A stretch of 64,000 bases of DNA from Leptolyngbyaceae cyanobacterium (GTDB taxonomy: Bacteria > Cyanobacteriota > Cyanobacteriia > Phormidesmidales > Phormidesmidaceae), in the NCBI GenBank assembly GCA_965263355.1, contig CBDHHL010000032.1, positions 3,584,001 to 3,648,000 of the forward strand, given 5' to 3'. Both the position numbers and the translations under genes were made by a program. Shown piece after piece: positions 49,922 to 60,224 of this stretch. The notes under the pieces were generated by a model. The model ran no database searches. It was not told the DNA's origin and worked only from the letters and a program-made list of their open reading frames with translations. Each line of letters opens with the position of its first letter. Position 1 is the stretch's first letter.

Positions 49922-50410
49922 ATGTCTGTCGTCAGTCAAGTAATTCTCAATGCAGATGATGAGCTGCGCTATCCTACCAGCGGCGAGCTCCAGGGTATCC
50001 AAGACTTTTTGCAGACAGGCCCCCAGCGCCTTAGCATTGCTCAAAGACTGGCTGAAAATGAGAAAAAAATTGTCGATCAAGCCAGTAAAGCTCTCTGGCG
50101 TCGTCGCCCTGACTTTATTGCTCCAGGGGGGAATGCCGCTGGGCAAAAGCAGAGGGCTCTTTGCCTGCGCGATTATGGTTGGTACCTACGTTTGATTACG
50201 TACGGCATCATCTCAGGGGGCAAAGAACCTATCGAGAGTATTGGTTTAATTGGTGTACGAGAAATGTACAACGCTCTCAATGTACCTGTACCCGGTATGG
50301 TAGCAGCCATTGAATGCTTAAAAGATGCTTCTCTGGCGCTGTTAACTGAGGCCCAAGCTGCTGAAGCTGCTCCTTATTTTGATTACATCATTCAGGCGAT
50401 GGCTGGCTAG
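49922..50410 (+). CDS. apcD: Allophycocyanin alpha-B subunit
   Basis: '[18 protein letters not shown]', chromophore Cys in '[13 protein letters not shown]'. Confidence 0.93.
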   Translation: MSVVSQVILNADDELRYPTSGELQGIQDFLQTGPQRLSIAQRLAENEKKIVDQASKALWRRRPDFIAPGGNAAGQKQRALCLRDYGWYLRLITYGIISGGKEPIESIGLIGVREMYNALNVPVPGMVAAIECLKDASLALLTEAQAAEAAPYFDYIIQAMAG

Positions 50411-50495
50411 CGTCTGGTTGAGACATTGAGTGCCAAACATTGAATAATATGAAGTCGGGAGTACATTTGATCGTCCTTCTGACTTCATATTAGAT

Positions 50496-51161
50496 ATGCT
50501 AGGGGCGCTGTCAAAAATCAACGTCTACATGGTGTCCAGTAAGCAAGGGCGGCAAGGCCACAAGTTGGGCACAGTGGTGAAGTCAAATTCTCACTGTGAT
50601 TATGTGGTGCAGCTAAATACGAATAGAGATGTGATTACCCCACCTGTGATCAGTGATTACGGCTTTGGCCAGTTTGTCACCCTAGATACAGAGAAACAGC
50701 ACTGGGCGGTGGGAATTATTTATAACTCGCAGCTATTTAACCCGGCATTTTTGCACAACGGTCTTCAACTCACAGGGGCCCCCGATCCATTGTTTACCCC
50801 TGATCTGATTCAAGAAACTAAAACTTTGCTGAATGTAGTGTTGATTGGCAACCTTATTCATCAGGGTAAGCATATCTATGGCCAACATGGGATTCCACGC
50901 CATGTTGTGCCTGTCAATACCCCTGTCTACCGCATGGATGCTGAATGCCGTCATCAGTTTCACTTGACAGCTGATGGCCTACCGCAGTTCAGATATTACG
51001 GTCATCTTCTCAATTGTGGCGGTAGCTTTGCAACTCAGCTGACTCAGCAAGTCCTAACCGAACTCAGTGATTCAGGCCTCTTTACTGATGCCGATCAGCG
51101 AGCATTACAAGTGCTGTGTAAAGAGTTGACCTGGAAAAATACATTGGGAGCTATGGGATAG
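50496..51161 (+). CDS. Conserved hypothetical protein (HAS-barrel-like)
   Basis: 221-aa ORF, 'GTVVKSNSHCDYVVQ...YGFGQFV'. Confidence 0.7.
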   Translation: MLGALSKINVYMVSSKQGRQGHKLGTVVKSNSHCDYVVQLNTNRDVITPPVISDYGFGQFVTLDTEKQHWAVGIIYNSQLFNPAFLHNGLQLTGAPDPLFTPDLIQETKTLLNVVLIGNLIHQGKHIYGQHGIPRHVVPVNTPVYRMDAECRHQFHLTADGLPQFRYYGHLLNCGGSFATQLTQQVLTELSDSGLFTDADQRALQVLCKELTWKNTLGAMG

Positions 51162-51229
51162 TGTTTTACTCCAATACATGTCGGCACCCACAGGCATCTG
51201 TGATTATCATCAAGAAAAATGTGATCAAA

Positions 51230-51245
51230 TGTGATCAGAATCACA
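51230..51245. promoter_or_regulatory. CRP-family (SyCRP1-type) binding site
   Basis: Perfect TGTGA-N6-TCACA (TGTGATCAGAATCACA). Confidence 0.6.
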
Positions 51246-51344
51246 GGGCAGCAATGACTTAGATCGCTATCACTACCCGGTAAATTCAGCATACTAAGGA
51301 TGACTCAACTCTAGCCGAGTCATCTACAGGGAACACACAACCAG

Positions 51345-51381
51345 CCGATGGAACTCGCGGGAGTTCTATCGGTTTTTTTTT
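51345..51381 (+). terminator. Rho-independent terminator (3' end of a candidate sRNA or of the apcD operon)
   Basis: 12-bp stem CCGATGGAACTC/GAGTTCTATCGG followed by T9. Confidence 0.85.
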
Positions 51382-51525
51382 GGTGAATGGTGTGTGATAG
51401 CGTCTGCCTTGAGCAGTTCAGCTCATCGAAGAAATAAATGTAATTAGCCCTGATCAGAACAGGTTAGATTCACCAAAGACGGTTTAAAATCAACCCTTGT
51501 CCACCCTGTCAATTCATTCCTATTA

Positions 51526-53862
51526 ATGTCTACGACTGCATCTACCTCAATTCCGTGTTCTGCGGAGGAAATTGCTTCTGAAGGATTAAAACCAGGCGAA
51601 TATGAGGAAATTATTCAGCGTTTAGGGCGTCACCCGAATCGGGCTGAGTTAGGCATGTTTGGTGTGATGTGGTCAGAACACTGCTGTTATAAGAACTCTC
51701 GGCCTTTGCTCAAGCAGTTTCCCACTGAAGGGGCACGTATTCTGGTTGGTCCTGGGGAAAATGCGGGGGTGGTAGATGTTGGAAATGGTCAGCGGCTGGT
51801 CTTTAAAATTGAGTCTCACAATCACCCGTCAGCGGTAGAACCCTTTCAAGGGGCGGCAACTGGGGTAGGCGGGATTTTACGTGACATCTTTACCATGGGG
51901 GCACGGCCCATAGCGGTTTTGAATGCGTTGCGGTTTGGGCCGTTGAATGATGCCAACACGCGACGGATTTTTACTGGTGTGGTCTCAGGAATTTCTCACT
52001 ATGGCAACTGTTTTGGTGTACCGACGGTGGGCGGAGAAATCTATTTTGATCAGGCTTACATGGGTAATCCTTTAGTCAATGCCATGGCCATTGGTCTGAT
52101 GGAAACTGAGGAGATTGTCAAATCTGGTGCCTCGGGCATCGGCAATCCGGTGCTTTATGTTGGGTCTACTACGGGCCGTGATGGGATGGGGGGGGCTAGT
52201 TTTGCCAGTGCTGAGCTAACTGACGAATCAGAGGCTGATCGACCTGCAGTTCAAGTCGGCGATCCATTTCTAGAAAAGTCTTTGGTAGAAGCTTGTTTAG
52301 AGGCCTTTAAGACCGGTGCGGTGGTAGCGGCTCAAGACATGGGAGCTGCCGGGATTACCTGTTCTACTTCTGAGATGGCGGTGAACGGCGGTGTGGGGAT
52401 TGAGTTAGATCTCGATAAAGTACCTGTGCGGGAAACGGGAATGGTGCCCTATGAGTATTTACTGTCCGAATCCCAGGAACGTATGCTTTTTGTTGGGGAA
52501 AAGGGACGAGAACAGACGCTGATAGATATTTTTGAGCGTTGGGGACTCCATGCAGTGGTCGCAGGTGAAGTGATCCAAGCGCCCATTGTGAGGATCTTAT
52601 TTCAAGGTAAGGTAGCCGCTGAAGTTCCGGCCTCTGCTCTAGCAGATAATACGCCGCTGTATCAGCGTGAGGTTTTGGCAGAGCCTCCGGCCTATGCACA
52701 AATGGCCTGGGCTTGGCAAGAGAGTGATTTACCGGATTGTTCTGCTGACGGTATTGAGGGCCAATCTTGGCATAGTGTGATGTTGGCGCTATTGGGTACG
52801 CCGACTATTGCTTCAAAGCAATGGGTGTACCACCAGTATGATCATCAGGTTCAAAACAATACAGTAATGCTTCCAGGAGGAGCTGATGCAGCCATTTTAC
52901 GACTGCGACCCTTGGAAGGGGATGATGGTTCTAGCAGTCATTCGGGCGTCGCGGCAACAACGGATTGTAATCCTCGCTATGTGTATCTTAATCCCTATGA
53001 AGGAGGACTGGCTGCTGTTGCAGAAGCTGCGAGGAATTTAAGCTGTGTAGGGGCAGAGCCGATTGCAGTGACGGATAATTTGAATTTTAGTAGTCCTGAA
53101 AAGCCGGTTGGTTACTGGCAGTTGGCGGAGGCCTGCCGAGGTCTGGCTGATGGCTGTCGTGCCTTTGATACACCAGTTACGGGGGGGAATGTCTCGCTTT
53201 ATAATGAAACCGTTGATAGTGAGGGCAAGCCCCAGCCCATATATCCCACTCCAGTGGTTGGTATGGTCGGTGTGATTGATGACCTGGATAAGATTTGTGG
53301 TCAGAGCTGGCAAAACCCTGGTGACCAAATATACCTCCTAGGTTTATCCCTGGGGGAAAATGCGGATGGTAGAGTGACCCTGGGGGCATCGGAATATTTG
53401 AAGGTTATCCATGGTCAGGTAGCAGGACATCCTCCTAAAGTAGATGTTGAATTAGAGCTAAAGGTGCAAGCTGCTTGTCGTTACGGCATTCGTCAAGGGT
53501 GGATTACGTCAGCCCATGATTGTGCTGAGGGAGGGGTGGCGATCGCACTTGCCGAGTCTGCCATCGGGGGGAATCTAGGCGCGACTATCACTCTGCCCAG
53601 CAATGGGCAACGCTATGACACCCTGCTGTTTGGTGAAGGTGGTGCTCGAATTATTGTCACCGTAGCGCCTAACCATAGACTTATTTGGGAAACGTATTTA
53701 AAGGAGTCCCTGACTCACCAATGGGCGTTAATCGGCACTGTCGCCGATGCCAACGCTCAGCTAACCATCCAAACAGCCGAGAAAGAATGCTTGATCCATT
53801 TGGAAGTTACTGCCATGGCCGACTGCTGGCGTTACGCTATAGAAAGAGCCCTTGTTGATTAA
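51526..53862 (+). CDS. purL: Phosphoribosylformylglycinamidine synthase subunit PurL
   Basis: 'MWSEHCCYK', 'ESHNHPS', 'QDMGAAG', 'SESQERM', 'GGNVSLYN'. Confidence 0.97.
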   Translation: MSTTASTSIPCSAEEIASEGLKPGEYEEIIQRLGRHPNRAELGMFGVMWSEHCCYKNSRPLLKQFPTEGARILVGPGENAGVVDVGNGQRLVFKIESHNHPSAVEPFQGAATGVGGILRDIFTMGARPIAVLNALRFGPLNDANTRRIFTGVVSGISHYGNCFGVPTVGGEIYFDQAYMGNPLVNAMAIGLMETEEIVKSGASGIGNPVLYVGSTTGRDGMGGASFASAELTDESEADRPAVQVGDPFLEKSLVEACLEAFKTGAVVAAQDMGAAGITCSTSEMAVNGGVGIELDLDKVPVRETGMVPYEYLLSESQERMLFVGEKGREQTLIDIFERWGLHAVVAGEVIQAPIVRILFQGKVAAEVPASALADNTPLYQREVLAEPPAYAQMAWAWQESDLPDCSADGIEGQSWHSVMLALLGTPTIASKQWVYHQYDHQVQNNTVMLPGGADAAILRLRPLEGDDGSSSHSGVAATTDCNPRYVYLNPYEGGLAAVAEAARNLSCVGAEPIAVTDNLNFSSPEKPVGYWQLAEACRGLADGCRAFDTPVTGGNVSLYNETVDSEGKPQPIYPTPVVGMVGVIDDLDKICGQSWQNPGDQIYLLGLSLGENADGRVTLGASEYLKVIHGQVAGHPPKVDVELELKVQAACRYGIRQGWITSAHDCAEGGVAIALAESAIGGNLGATITLPSNGQRYDTLLFGEGGARIIVTVAPNHRLIWETYLKESLTHQWALIGTVADANAQLTIQTAEKECLIHLEVTAMADCWRYAIERALVD

Positions 53863-54096
53863 ACACAGAGCTACTTAATCTGATCTTGTCACAAGCTGTC
53901 AACCTGCTTTGGATGCTAGGATCGTATTGATTAAGAAAGTGTTAAGACCTTTGCTTTCTCAAGGCTTCTATTGGGCCCCTAAGCCTGTTAGCGTCTTGAG
54001 AGCATAAGCTGCTTCCTAACAAAATCACAGGTTTAGAGCTAGACAAATTTAAACGCTAGTTGCTTTTTTGCCGTCATTAACGCCAGTGGACTCACG

Positions 54097-55587
54097 ATGC
54101 CTCTTCCCCCTAAGACTTTTGTTCCCGCTTCTGTAGTGGATGTTCACCCCGATAAACCAGAAGAAGCCTGCGGTGTGTTCGCTGTTTTTTCGCCGACAGA
54201 CGATGTCGCTACGTTAACTTACTTTGGTTTGTACGCCTTGCAGCACCGTGGGCAAGAATCGGCTGGTATTGCCACCTTTGATCGGGGTGATATCAATGTC
54301 CACAAAGCTATGGGACTGGTTTCTCAAGTGTTTGACGAAGAGGTACTAGAGCGTCTTCCTGGACAGTGGGCAGTGGGGCATACGCGCTACTCTACTACTG
54401 GCTCGAGTCGTATTGCTAATGCCCAGCCTGCCGTAGTTTCTACTCGCCTCGGGGCAATGGCCTTGGCCCACAATGGCAATGTAGTGAATGCAACCGAGCT
54501 GCGGGAGGAGCTACTTAAACGTGACCATACGTTACTGACTACCACCGACACAGAGCTGATTGCCCTGTTTATGGCAGATGCGGTTAATGATGGTAAAGAT
54601 TGGATGCAAGCGGCAATAGATGCTTGTGAACGTTGTAAAGGAGCCTTTAGTCTGACCATTGCTACCCCTGAAGGGATTTTGGCAATTCGTGATCCCAACG
54701 GTATTAGACCCTTAGTGTTAGGGTACTTTGGTGGAGATGACCCTCAAGATGGCCCAGGTCAATATGCGATCGCATCTGAAACGTGCGGTCTAGATATTGT
54801 CAATGCCCACTATATTCGTGATGTTCAACCTGGAGAGCTGCTCTGGATTAGTGAGCGGGGTATCCACTCATTGCAGTGGGCTCAGCCTCGGCGGCGTCTA
54901 TGCATATTTGAAATGGTTTACTTTGCCAGGCCTGATAGCCTATATCACGGTGAGAGCCTATACAGCTATCGAAAACGACTGGGCAATATCTTGGCACAAG
55001 AAGCCCCAGCTGATGTGGACTTGGTTATGCCAGTGCCCGATTCTGGTATTCCTGCAGCAATTGGCTTTGCCGAAACATCGGGTATCCCCTATGCAGAAGG
55101 GTTGATAAAAAATCGATATGTTGGTCGAACGTTTATTCAGCCGACCCAAATGATGCGGGAAGCGGGTATTCGCATTAAGCTAAATCCCCTTCGCGATGTG
55201 TTGCAGGGTAAGCGAATTTTGCTGGTAGACGATTCCATTGTTCGGGGCACAACTAGCCGCAAAATTGTTAAGGCTTTACGTGATGCAGGAGCTATAGAGG
55301 TACATATGCGGATTTCATCGCCGCCGGTAACCCACCCCTGCTTTTATGGCATTGATACCGATAGCCAAGATCAGCTCATAGCAGCGACTAAATCTGTACA
55401 AGAAATCGAAGCTCAAATTGGTGTAGATACATTGGCCTATCTAAGCTGGCAAGGCATGCTAGATGCTACCCGACAAGATACTGAAACATTCTGCTCTGCT
55501 TGTTTTACTGGAGGCTATCCGGTAGAAATTCCTGAAATGTTCAGGCGTTCTAAACTAATGTTAGAAAAAACGCCAGTTAAGGCTTGA
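54097..55587 (+). CDS. purF: Amidophosphoribosyltransferase
   Basis: 'EEACGVF', 'LQHRGQE', 'GHTRYST', PRPP loop 'VDDSIVRGTT'. Confidence 0.97.
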   Translation: MPLPPKTFVPASVVDVHPDKPEEACGVFAVFSPTDDVATLTYFGLYALQHRGQESAGIATFDRGDINVHKAMGLVSQVFDEEVLERLPGQWAVGHTRYSTTGSSRIANAQPAVVSTRLGAMALAHNGNVVNATELREELLKRDHTLLTTTDTELIALFMADAVNDGKDWMQAAIDACERCKGAFSLTIATPEGILAIRDPNGIRPLVLGYFGGDDPQDGPGQYAIASETCGLDIVNAHYIRDVQPGELLWISERGIHSLQWAQPRRRLCIFEMVYFARPDSLYHGESLYSYRKRLGNILAQEAPADVDLVMPVPDSGIPAAIGFAETSGIPYAEGLIKNRYVGRTFIQPTQMMREAGIRIKLNPLRDVLQGKRILLVDDSIVRGTTSRKIVKALRDAGAIEVHMRISSPPVTHPCFYGIDTDSQDQLIAATKSVQEIEAQIGVDTLAYLSWQGMLDATRQDTETFCSACFTGGYPVEIPEMFRRSKLMLEKTPVKA

Positions 55588-55766
55588 TAAAAGGTAGATT
55601 TAAGGGAGATATAGGTTTTTGGGCCAGTTAGAGTTGATGAGGATACGTCACTCAACTGGCTTTGATAGCTTTTGAAAGCCTTTCTCTAAAATACTTTCAG
55701 CCTGGTTCAATTATTTGTTGAGATGGCAGGTATAGACATCTATATTAACTTTAATAATTGAGAGGG

Positions 55767-55955
55767 ATGCAACCAGGCGATAGAGTTCAAGTTTTATATC
55801 CCGACTATGCTGCTGGTAAGATGGGAACCATTTTGGAGAAAGAAATGCTCCAAAATGGTTCTGAAACCGGCTATTGGCTAGTTCAAGTCGATAATGATGA
55901 CTGTATGATCCTGGCTTTACTACCGCAAGAAATGAAACGACTGAAGAGCGCTTAA
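55767..55955 (+). CDS. Small hypothetical protein (SH3/KOW-like)
   Basis: 'MQPGDRVQVLYPDYAAGKMGTIL...YWLVQV...ILALLPQEM'; GAGAGG just upstream of the ATG. Confidence 0.6.
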   Translation: MQPGDRVQVLYPDYAAGKMGTILEKEMLQNGSETGYWLVQVDNDDCMILALLPQEMKRLKSA

Positions 55956-56006
55956 AATGTTCTTGAGATAAAACTGAGTCAAAAGTTTGCCAACTCATTA
56001 GGCAAT

Positions 56007-56038
56007 AAGAAAGGCCCCACATTTGTGGAGCCTTTCTT
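56007..56038. terminator. Terminator between the convergent small ORF and porin gene
   Basis: AAGAAAGGC-CCCACATTTGTGGA-GCCTTTCTT inverted repeat. Confidence 0.7.
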
Positions 56039-56063
56039 GAGTTAAATCGCTAAGCTAAAAAAC

Positions 56064-57452
56064 TTAGAACTTGAAGGTGGAACGAATTACACCATAGAGA
56101 CTGTCGTTATCATCACCATCTAGGTTTCCGTAAACAACAGCAGGAGTTAGAGACCAGTACTTGTTGATCTTAGCGTTGTAGTAAGCTTCGATAACTTCAT
56201 CCTCATCAAAGTCTTGAGCATAGTAAGCACCAAAACCGCCAAAGGCAGCACCAAACTGGAAGCTCTCATCACCATCTTGGTCAGCGAAGTAACCACCAAC
56301 TTCGAATCCACCGAAGTCAAGGCTTAACAGACCTGCGATAATGCCATCAACACCGCCACCACCAACGGCTTCACCATCCATGTAGGTGATAGCTGCATCA
56401 ACTATGCCATCAGTTAGGAAGTTCAACTGAGCAATATACTCAAAGCCATCAAATAGACCAATCTCTGAGTCATTACCGTCAGCAGTTGCATAGCCTAGGT
56501 CAAGGATGATGTTGTCAGTGAAAGCAACGTTGAAGCCAACACCAAAGGAACCACCGCCGATACCTAGCTGATCATAAAAGATAGGGCCACCAGGATCAGC
56601 TACAGAAGGACCATCGAAAGGAACGATAGTGCTAGTTACAAAGTCATCGGAAACAGTGCTGTTAGCGGAGATGATAGCGGAAACACGACTACCGATGGGG
56701 AAGGAGTAGTAAACGTCATCAAGACCAACGTTATCTTCCAGACCGTTACGAGGACCACTTTGGCTAGCTAAGCCACCAAATACACCCCGGAAAGAGCGAC
56801 CATCATCGTCACGATCACTAGCCTGTAGACGAATACGCAAACGGTCTTCACCAGTGAAGCTAGTATCGAAGTTCAAACGAGCACGATACTCAAAAGTAAC
56901 TTCGTCTTCGTCTACGCCACCACCATCGAAGTCTTCAGCTTCGAAAGGAACGATCAGGTGAGCATCCAATTGACCCTTCAACTTAGTAGTTGTAGAGAAC
57001 TGGTTAGCTTCCAGCTCAGCCACGTCAGCTTCTAAAGTGTCAACACGACCACGAATAGTAGCAAGCTCAGCAGCGAACTCTTCCTGCAAGCGACGAATAG
57101 TCTCTAGAGCTTCAGGATCGCCACCATCGATTAGCTGAACGATTACATCTAAACAAGCGTTCAAACCAGCAGCAAACTCGTAGCGAGTCATAGCGCGGTT
57201 GCCGCGGTAAGAGCGATCGGGATAACCCTCAAGACAGCCATACTCCTCTACTAGGCGCTGCAGTGCAGTGTAAGCCCAGTCAGAAGGAAGAACATCGGAT
57301 AGTTCGGAAACACTAGTAACCTGAGCTAGCTGAATGGACTCGGAGTTGCTCAGAGCATCAACACTTACAGTCTCAGCAGCAACACCAGTGCTAGCAAGGA
57401 CAGTTCCCACTAGAAGTGGGCTAGCCGCTAGGGCCTTCCACAAATTAGACAT
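56064..57452 (-). CDS. Cyanobacterial outer-membrane porin (SomA/SomB type, SLH plus OprB-like barrel)
   Basis: Signal peptide, 'QVTSVSELSDV.PSDWAY', 'TRYEFAAGLNACLD', 'NQFSTTTKL', terminal Phe; GAGGAG RBS before ATG at 57452. Confidence 0.93.
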   Translation of the reverse strand: MSNLWKALAASPLLVGTVLASTGVAAETVSVDALSNSESIQLAQVTSVSELSDVLPSDWAYTALQRLVEEYGCLEGYPDRSYRGNRAMTRYEFAAGLNACLDVIVQLIDGGDPEALETIRRLQEEFAAELATIRGRVDTLEADVAELEANQFSTTTKLKGQLDAHLIVPFEAEDFDGGGVDEDEVTFEYRARLNFDTSFTGEDRLRIRLQASDRDDDGRSFRGVFGGLASQSGPRNGLEDNVGLDDVYYSFPIGSRVSAIISANSTVSDDFVTSTIVPFDGPSVADPGGPIFYDQLGIGGGSFGVGFNVAFTDNIILDLGYATADGNDSEIGLFDGFEYIAQLNFLTDGIVDAAITYMDGEAVGGGGVDGIIAGLLSLDFGGFEVGGYFADQDGDESFQFGAAFGGFGAYYAQDFDEDEVIEAYYNAKINKYWSLTPAVVYGNLDGDDNDSLYGVIRSTFKF

Positions 57453-57706
57453 TATTTTAGTTCTCCTCACACCTAGGAAGAAAATAGTGACTAGCTGAAT
57501 TGCTAGACCACATTTAATCTTTTTGCCTGAACTGAAGAGCATATTCAAGTTGTTTAGAACAACTTAGCTAGTACTCAGCAATTACTATGGCTAATGCTAG
57601 CAGATCTCTCTATGAAGAGCTAGCAACGTAAGCTACCTTTTAAGCAATTTTTACAAGTAGCTTGCCTAGTGACGGTAACGTGGTTTCTTTGCTTAAAACA
57701 GTTGAG

Positions 57707-58106
57707 TTAGGCCAGTTGAGCGAGTGTCTTTGCGAGGGTTAAATCTTTCTGAGTCAGTCCCCCTGCATCATGGGTGGTCAGACTAATGGTGACTCGATTA
57801 TAGGAAATTGTAATGTCGGGGTGATGACCAGCGGCCTCTGCAGGCGCCACTAATTTATTGACGAATTCAATTGCATCAAGAAAATTCTTAAAGGTCAACA
57901 TGGTTTGGATGGAGCTGCCCTCTATGGCCCAGCCAGGCAGTGAATCGAGCGGCCTCTGCAGGCGCCACTAATTTATTGACGAATTCAATTGCATCAAGAA
58001 AATTCTTAAAGGTCAACATGGTTTGGATGGAGCTGCCCTCTATGGCCCAGCCAGGCAGTGAATCGAGTTGGGACTGGATTTCGGCAGAAGTGAGAAGGTT
58101 TGTCAT
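57707..58106 (-). pseudogene. 4a-hydroxytetrahydrobiopterin (pterin-4a-carbinolamine) dehydratase, frameshifted by a 118-bp tandem duplication
   Basis: N-part 'MTNLLTSAEIQSQLDSLPGW' and C-part 'AEAAGHHPDITISYNRV.ISLTTHDAGGLT.KD' are in different frames. Confidence 0.88.
57830..58067. repeat. Perfect 118-bp tandem duplication
   Basis: 57830-57947 equals 57948-58065, with AG microhomology at the junction. Confidence 0.95.
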
Positions 58107-58239
58107 GAGGCGTAATAAGTAGTGGGCATTAGGAAAGCGGTTTGTAAAGTTTCTACACCCGAAGAAAGTTGTATAGGATGAACAACTTTCTAGCGAAGTG
58201 AACTCGTTATTTCCTAGTGAGGTAAATTCAACCCTCTTT

Positions 58240-58502
58240 AAAAAAACTATCCGCTCCTATCAGGGAAGTGCCTTAGCAACTTCAGAATAGGAGCGGTCTA
58301 GTGGGGTCTTAGGTTGAAACTAGACTGCCGGAAGGAACTCTAGCTCGTCAGTTTCAAATATATTGAAGCTAATTCTAAAGAACAGCCCCGGCACACAGCC
58401 AGCTCACGTCAACCTGAAGACCCATGCATATACAACTACTTTCACTCATGGGCATCACCTCCTTATCCCTAGACGGTTTTAATACCAGGAGCACTTTGTG
58501 CT
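58240..58502 (-). ncRNA. Candidate ~260-nt small RNA / micro-ORF transcript
   Basis: Extended -10 TGnTATAGT at 58509-58517, TAAGGAGGTGAT, 4-codon ORF, 10-bp terminal stem plus U-run. Confidence 0.5.
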
Positions 58503-58520
58503 AACTGAACTATAGCACAT

Positions 58521-58557
58521 AAAAAAAGCCCCGATTTTAAGAGTCGGGGCTTTTTTT
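58521..58557 (-). terminator. Rho-independent terminator of psbD
   Basis: AAAAAAAGCCCCGA...TCGGGGCTTTTTTT. Confidence 0.9.
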
Positions 58558-58572
58558 ATTGCTGTGTGACCC

Positions 58573-59631
58573 TTATAGAGCGTTACCGCGTGGCAGTACC
58601 TCTTCGGGGAATACAAACTTCTCGTGGGGCTGGTCCTGAGAGGCCATCCACGCACGAATACCTTCGTTCAGCAGAATGTTCTTGGTGTAGAACGTTTCAA
58701 ATTCAGGGTCTTCGGCAGCGCGAGTTTCCTGAGAGACAAAATCGTAGGCCCGTAGGTTCAATGCGAGCCCCACGATACCGACAGCACTCATCCACAGGCC
58801 GGTAACCGGTACAAACAGCATGAAGAAGTGCAACCACCGTTTGTTGGAGAAAGCGATACCGAAAATCTGAGACCAGAAGCGGTTCGCAGTGACCATGGAG
58901 TAGGTTTCTTCGGCCTGTGTGGGTTCAAAGGCGCGGAAAGTGTTCGCCCCTTCCCCATCTTCAAACAGTGTGTTTTCCACAGTGGCCCCGTGAATCGCAC
59001 ACAGGAGTGCCCCACCGAGGACACCAGCGACCCCCATCATGTGGAAGGGGTTGAGGGTCCAGTTGTGGAAGCCCTGCAAGAAGAGCAGGAAGCGGAAGAT
59101 AGCCGCCACGCCAAAGCTGGGTGCAAAGAACCAGCTGGACTGGCCCAAGGGATACATCAAGAACACCGATACGAACACGGCAATCGGAGCCGAGAACGCA
59201 ATGGCATTGTAGGGACGTAGGCCGACCAGACGAGCCACTTCGAACTGACGCAGCATAAAGCCAATCAGCCCGAATGCGCCGTGGAGGGCAACGAAGGTCC
59301 AGAGTCCGCCGATTTGGCACCAGCGAACAAAGTCACCCTGTGCTTCGGGACCCCAAAGCAGGAGTAGGGAGTGACCCATGCTGTCAGCGGGAGAGGAGAC
59401 AGCAACAGTCAGGAAGTTAGCGCCTTCCAGATAGGAGGACGCCAGTCCATGGGTGTACCAGGACGTGACAAAGGTGGTGCCAGTGAGCCAGCCGCCTAGT
59501 GCCAAGAAGGCGCAAGGGAACAGTAGCAAACCGGACCAGCCGACGAAGACAAATCTATCGCGCTTGAGCCAGTCATCGACGACGTCAAAGACGCCCCGAT
59601 CGGCTCCAGCACGGCCCATTGCAATGGTCAT
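58573..59631 (-). CDS. psbD: Photosystem II D2 protein (monocistronic psbD2-type copy)
   Basis: MTIAMGR...'[16 protein letters not shown]'...'[10 protein letters not shown]'; 352 aa from ATG 59631; followed by a terminator, not psbC. Confidence 0.98.
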   Translation of the reverse strand: MTIAMGRAGADRGVFDVVDDWLKRDRFVFVGWSGLLLFPCAFLALGGWLTGTTFVTSWYTHGLASSYLEGANFLTVAVSSPADSMGHSLLLLWGPEAQGDFVRWCQIGGLWTFVALHGAFGLIGFMLRQFEVARLVGLRPYNAIAFSAPIAVFVSVFLMYPLGQSSWFFAPSFGVAAIFRFLLFLQGFHNWTLNPFHMMGVAGVLGGALLCAIHGATVENTLFEDGEGANTFRAFEPTQAEETYSMVTANRFWSQIFGIAFSNKRWLHFFMLFVPVTGLWMSAVGIVGLALNLRAYDFVSQETRAAEDPEFETFYTKNILLNEGIRAWMASQDQPHEKFVFPEEVLPRGNAL

Positions 59632-59936
59632 CTCAAATCCTCTAGTGATTTTATTTTCTAAATGTAGAGACAAGTATGCTGCTAATCAGGCGATGGAAGG
59701 CATGGAATTAGGTATGTAAAATCCAATATGTAATCCGTATTGCGGAATATTGCCTGACATTAATCGATCGCCTTTAGAACAGAAATTTACTTATCTTTAC
59801 TATTCCTCTCATTTATTATAAGTGGATATTTATTTATGGCTAGTGTCGTTTTGGCAAGTAGTATTTTCTCACGGTATTTATGAGGCATTTTTGACATACT
59901 AGAGACCAGACTTCTCAAATTGATAATTCTTTACGC

Positions 59937-60209
59937 ATGTATATAGTTGAACTTTTGCTGAAGCATACGGCTTTACCTATGTCAGTTCAGAAGAAGACGG
60001 CAGAGGCTGCGAATGAGGCGTACGCTATGGTTTTGAATGCGCTCAAAACTGGTCAGCCCGCAGTCTTAGAGTTAACTTGTGATAAGCAAGAGGGCAAGAC
60101 GCTATCGATTTTGGTGAGTGAATTAGCTGCGGTGCAAGTTTATGAAAAATCGGGTGGAGCTTCTTCGTCTGGTAAGGCGGCTGGATTTTTTGCCATGGCG
60201 AATGATTAG
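59937..60209 (+). CDS. Conserved cyanobacterial hypothetical protein (UPF0367-like)
   Basis: 'ELLLKHTALPMSVQKK...LELTCDKQEGK...AAGFFA'. Confidence 0.75.
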   Translation: MYIVELLLKHTALPMSVQKKTAEAANEAYAMVLNALKTGQPAVLELTCDKQEGKTLSILVSELAAVQVYEKSGGASSSGKAAGFFAMAND

Positions 60210-60224
60210 GGCTAAAGATTTTTG

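Noticed and set aside
57707..58106. Two separate dehydratase paralogues, as in the ORF track
   Set aside because: They are halves of one gene split by the 118-bp duplication
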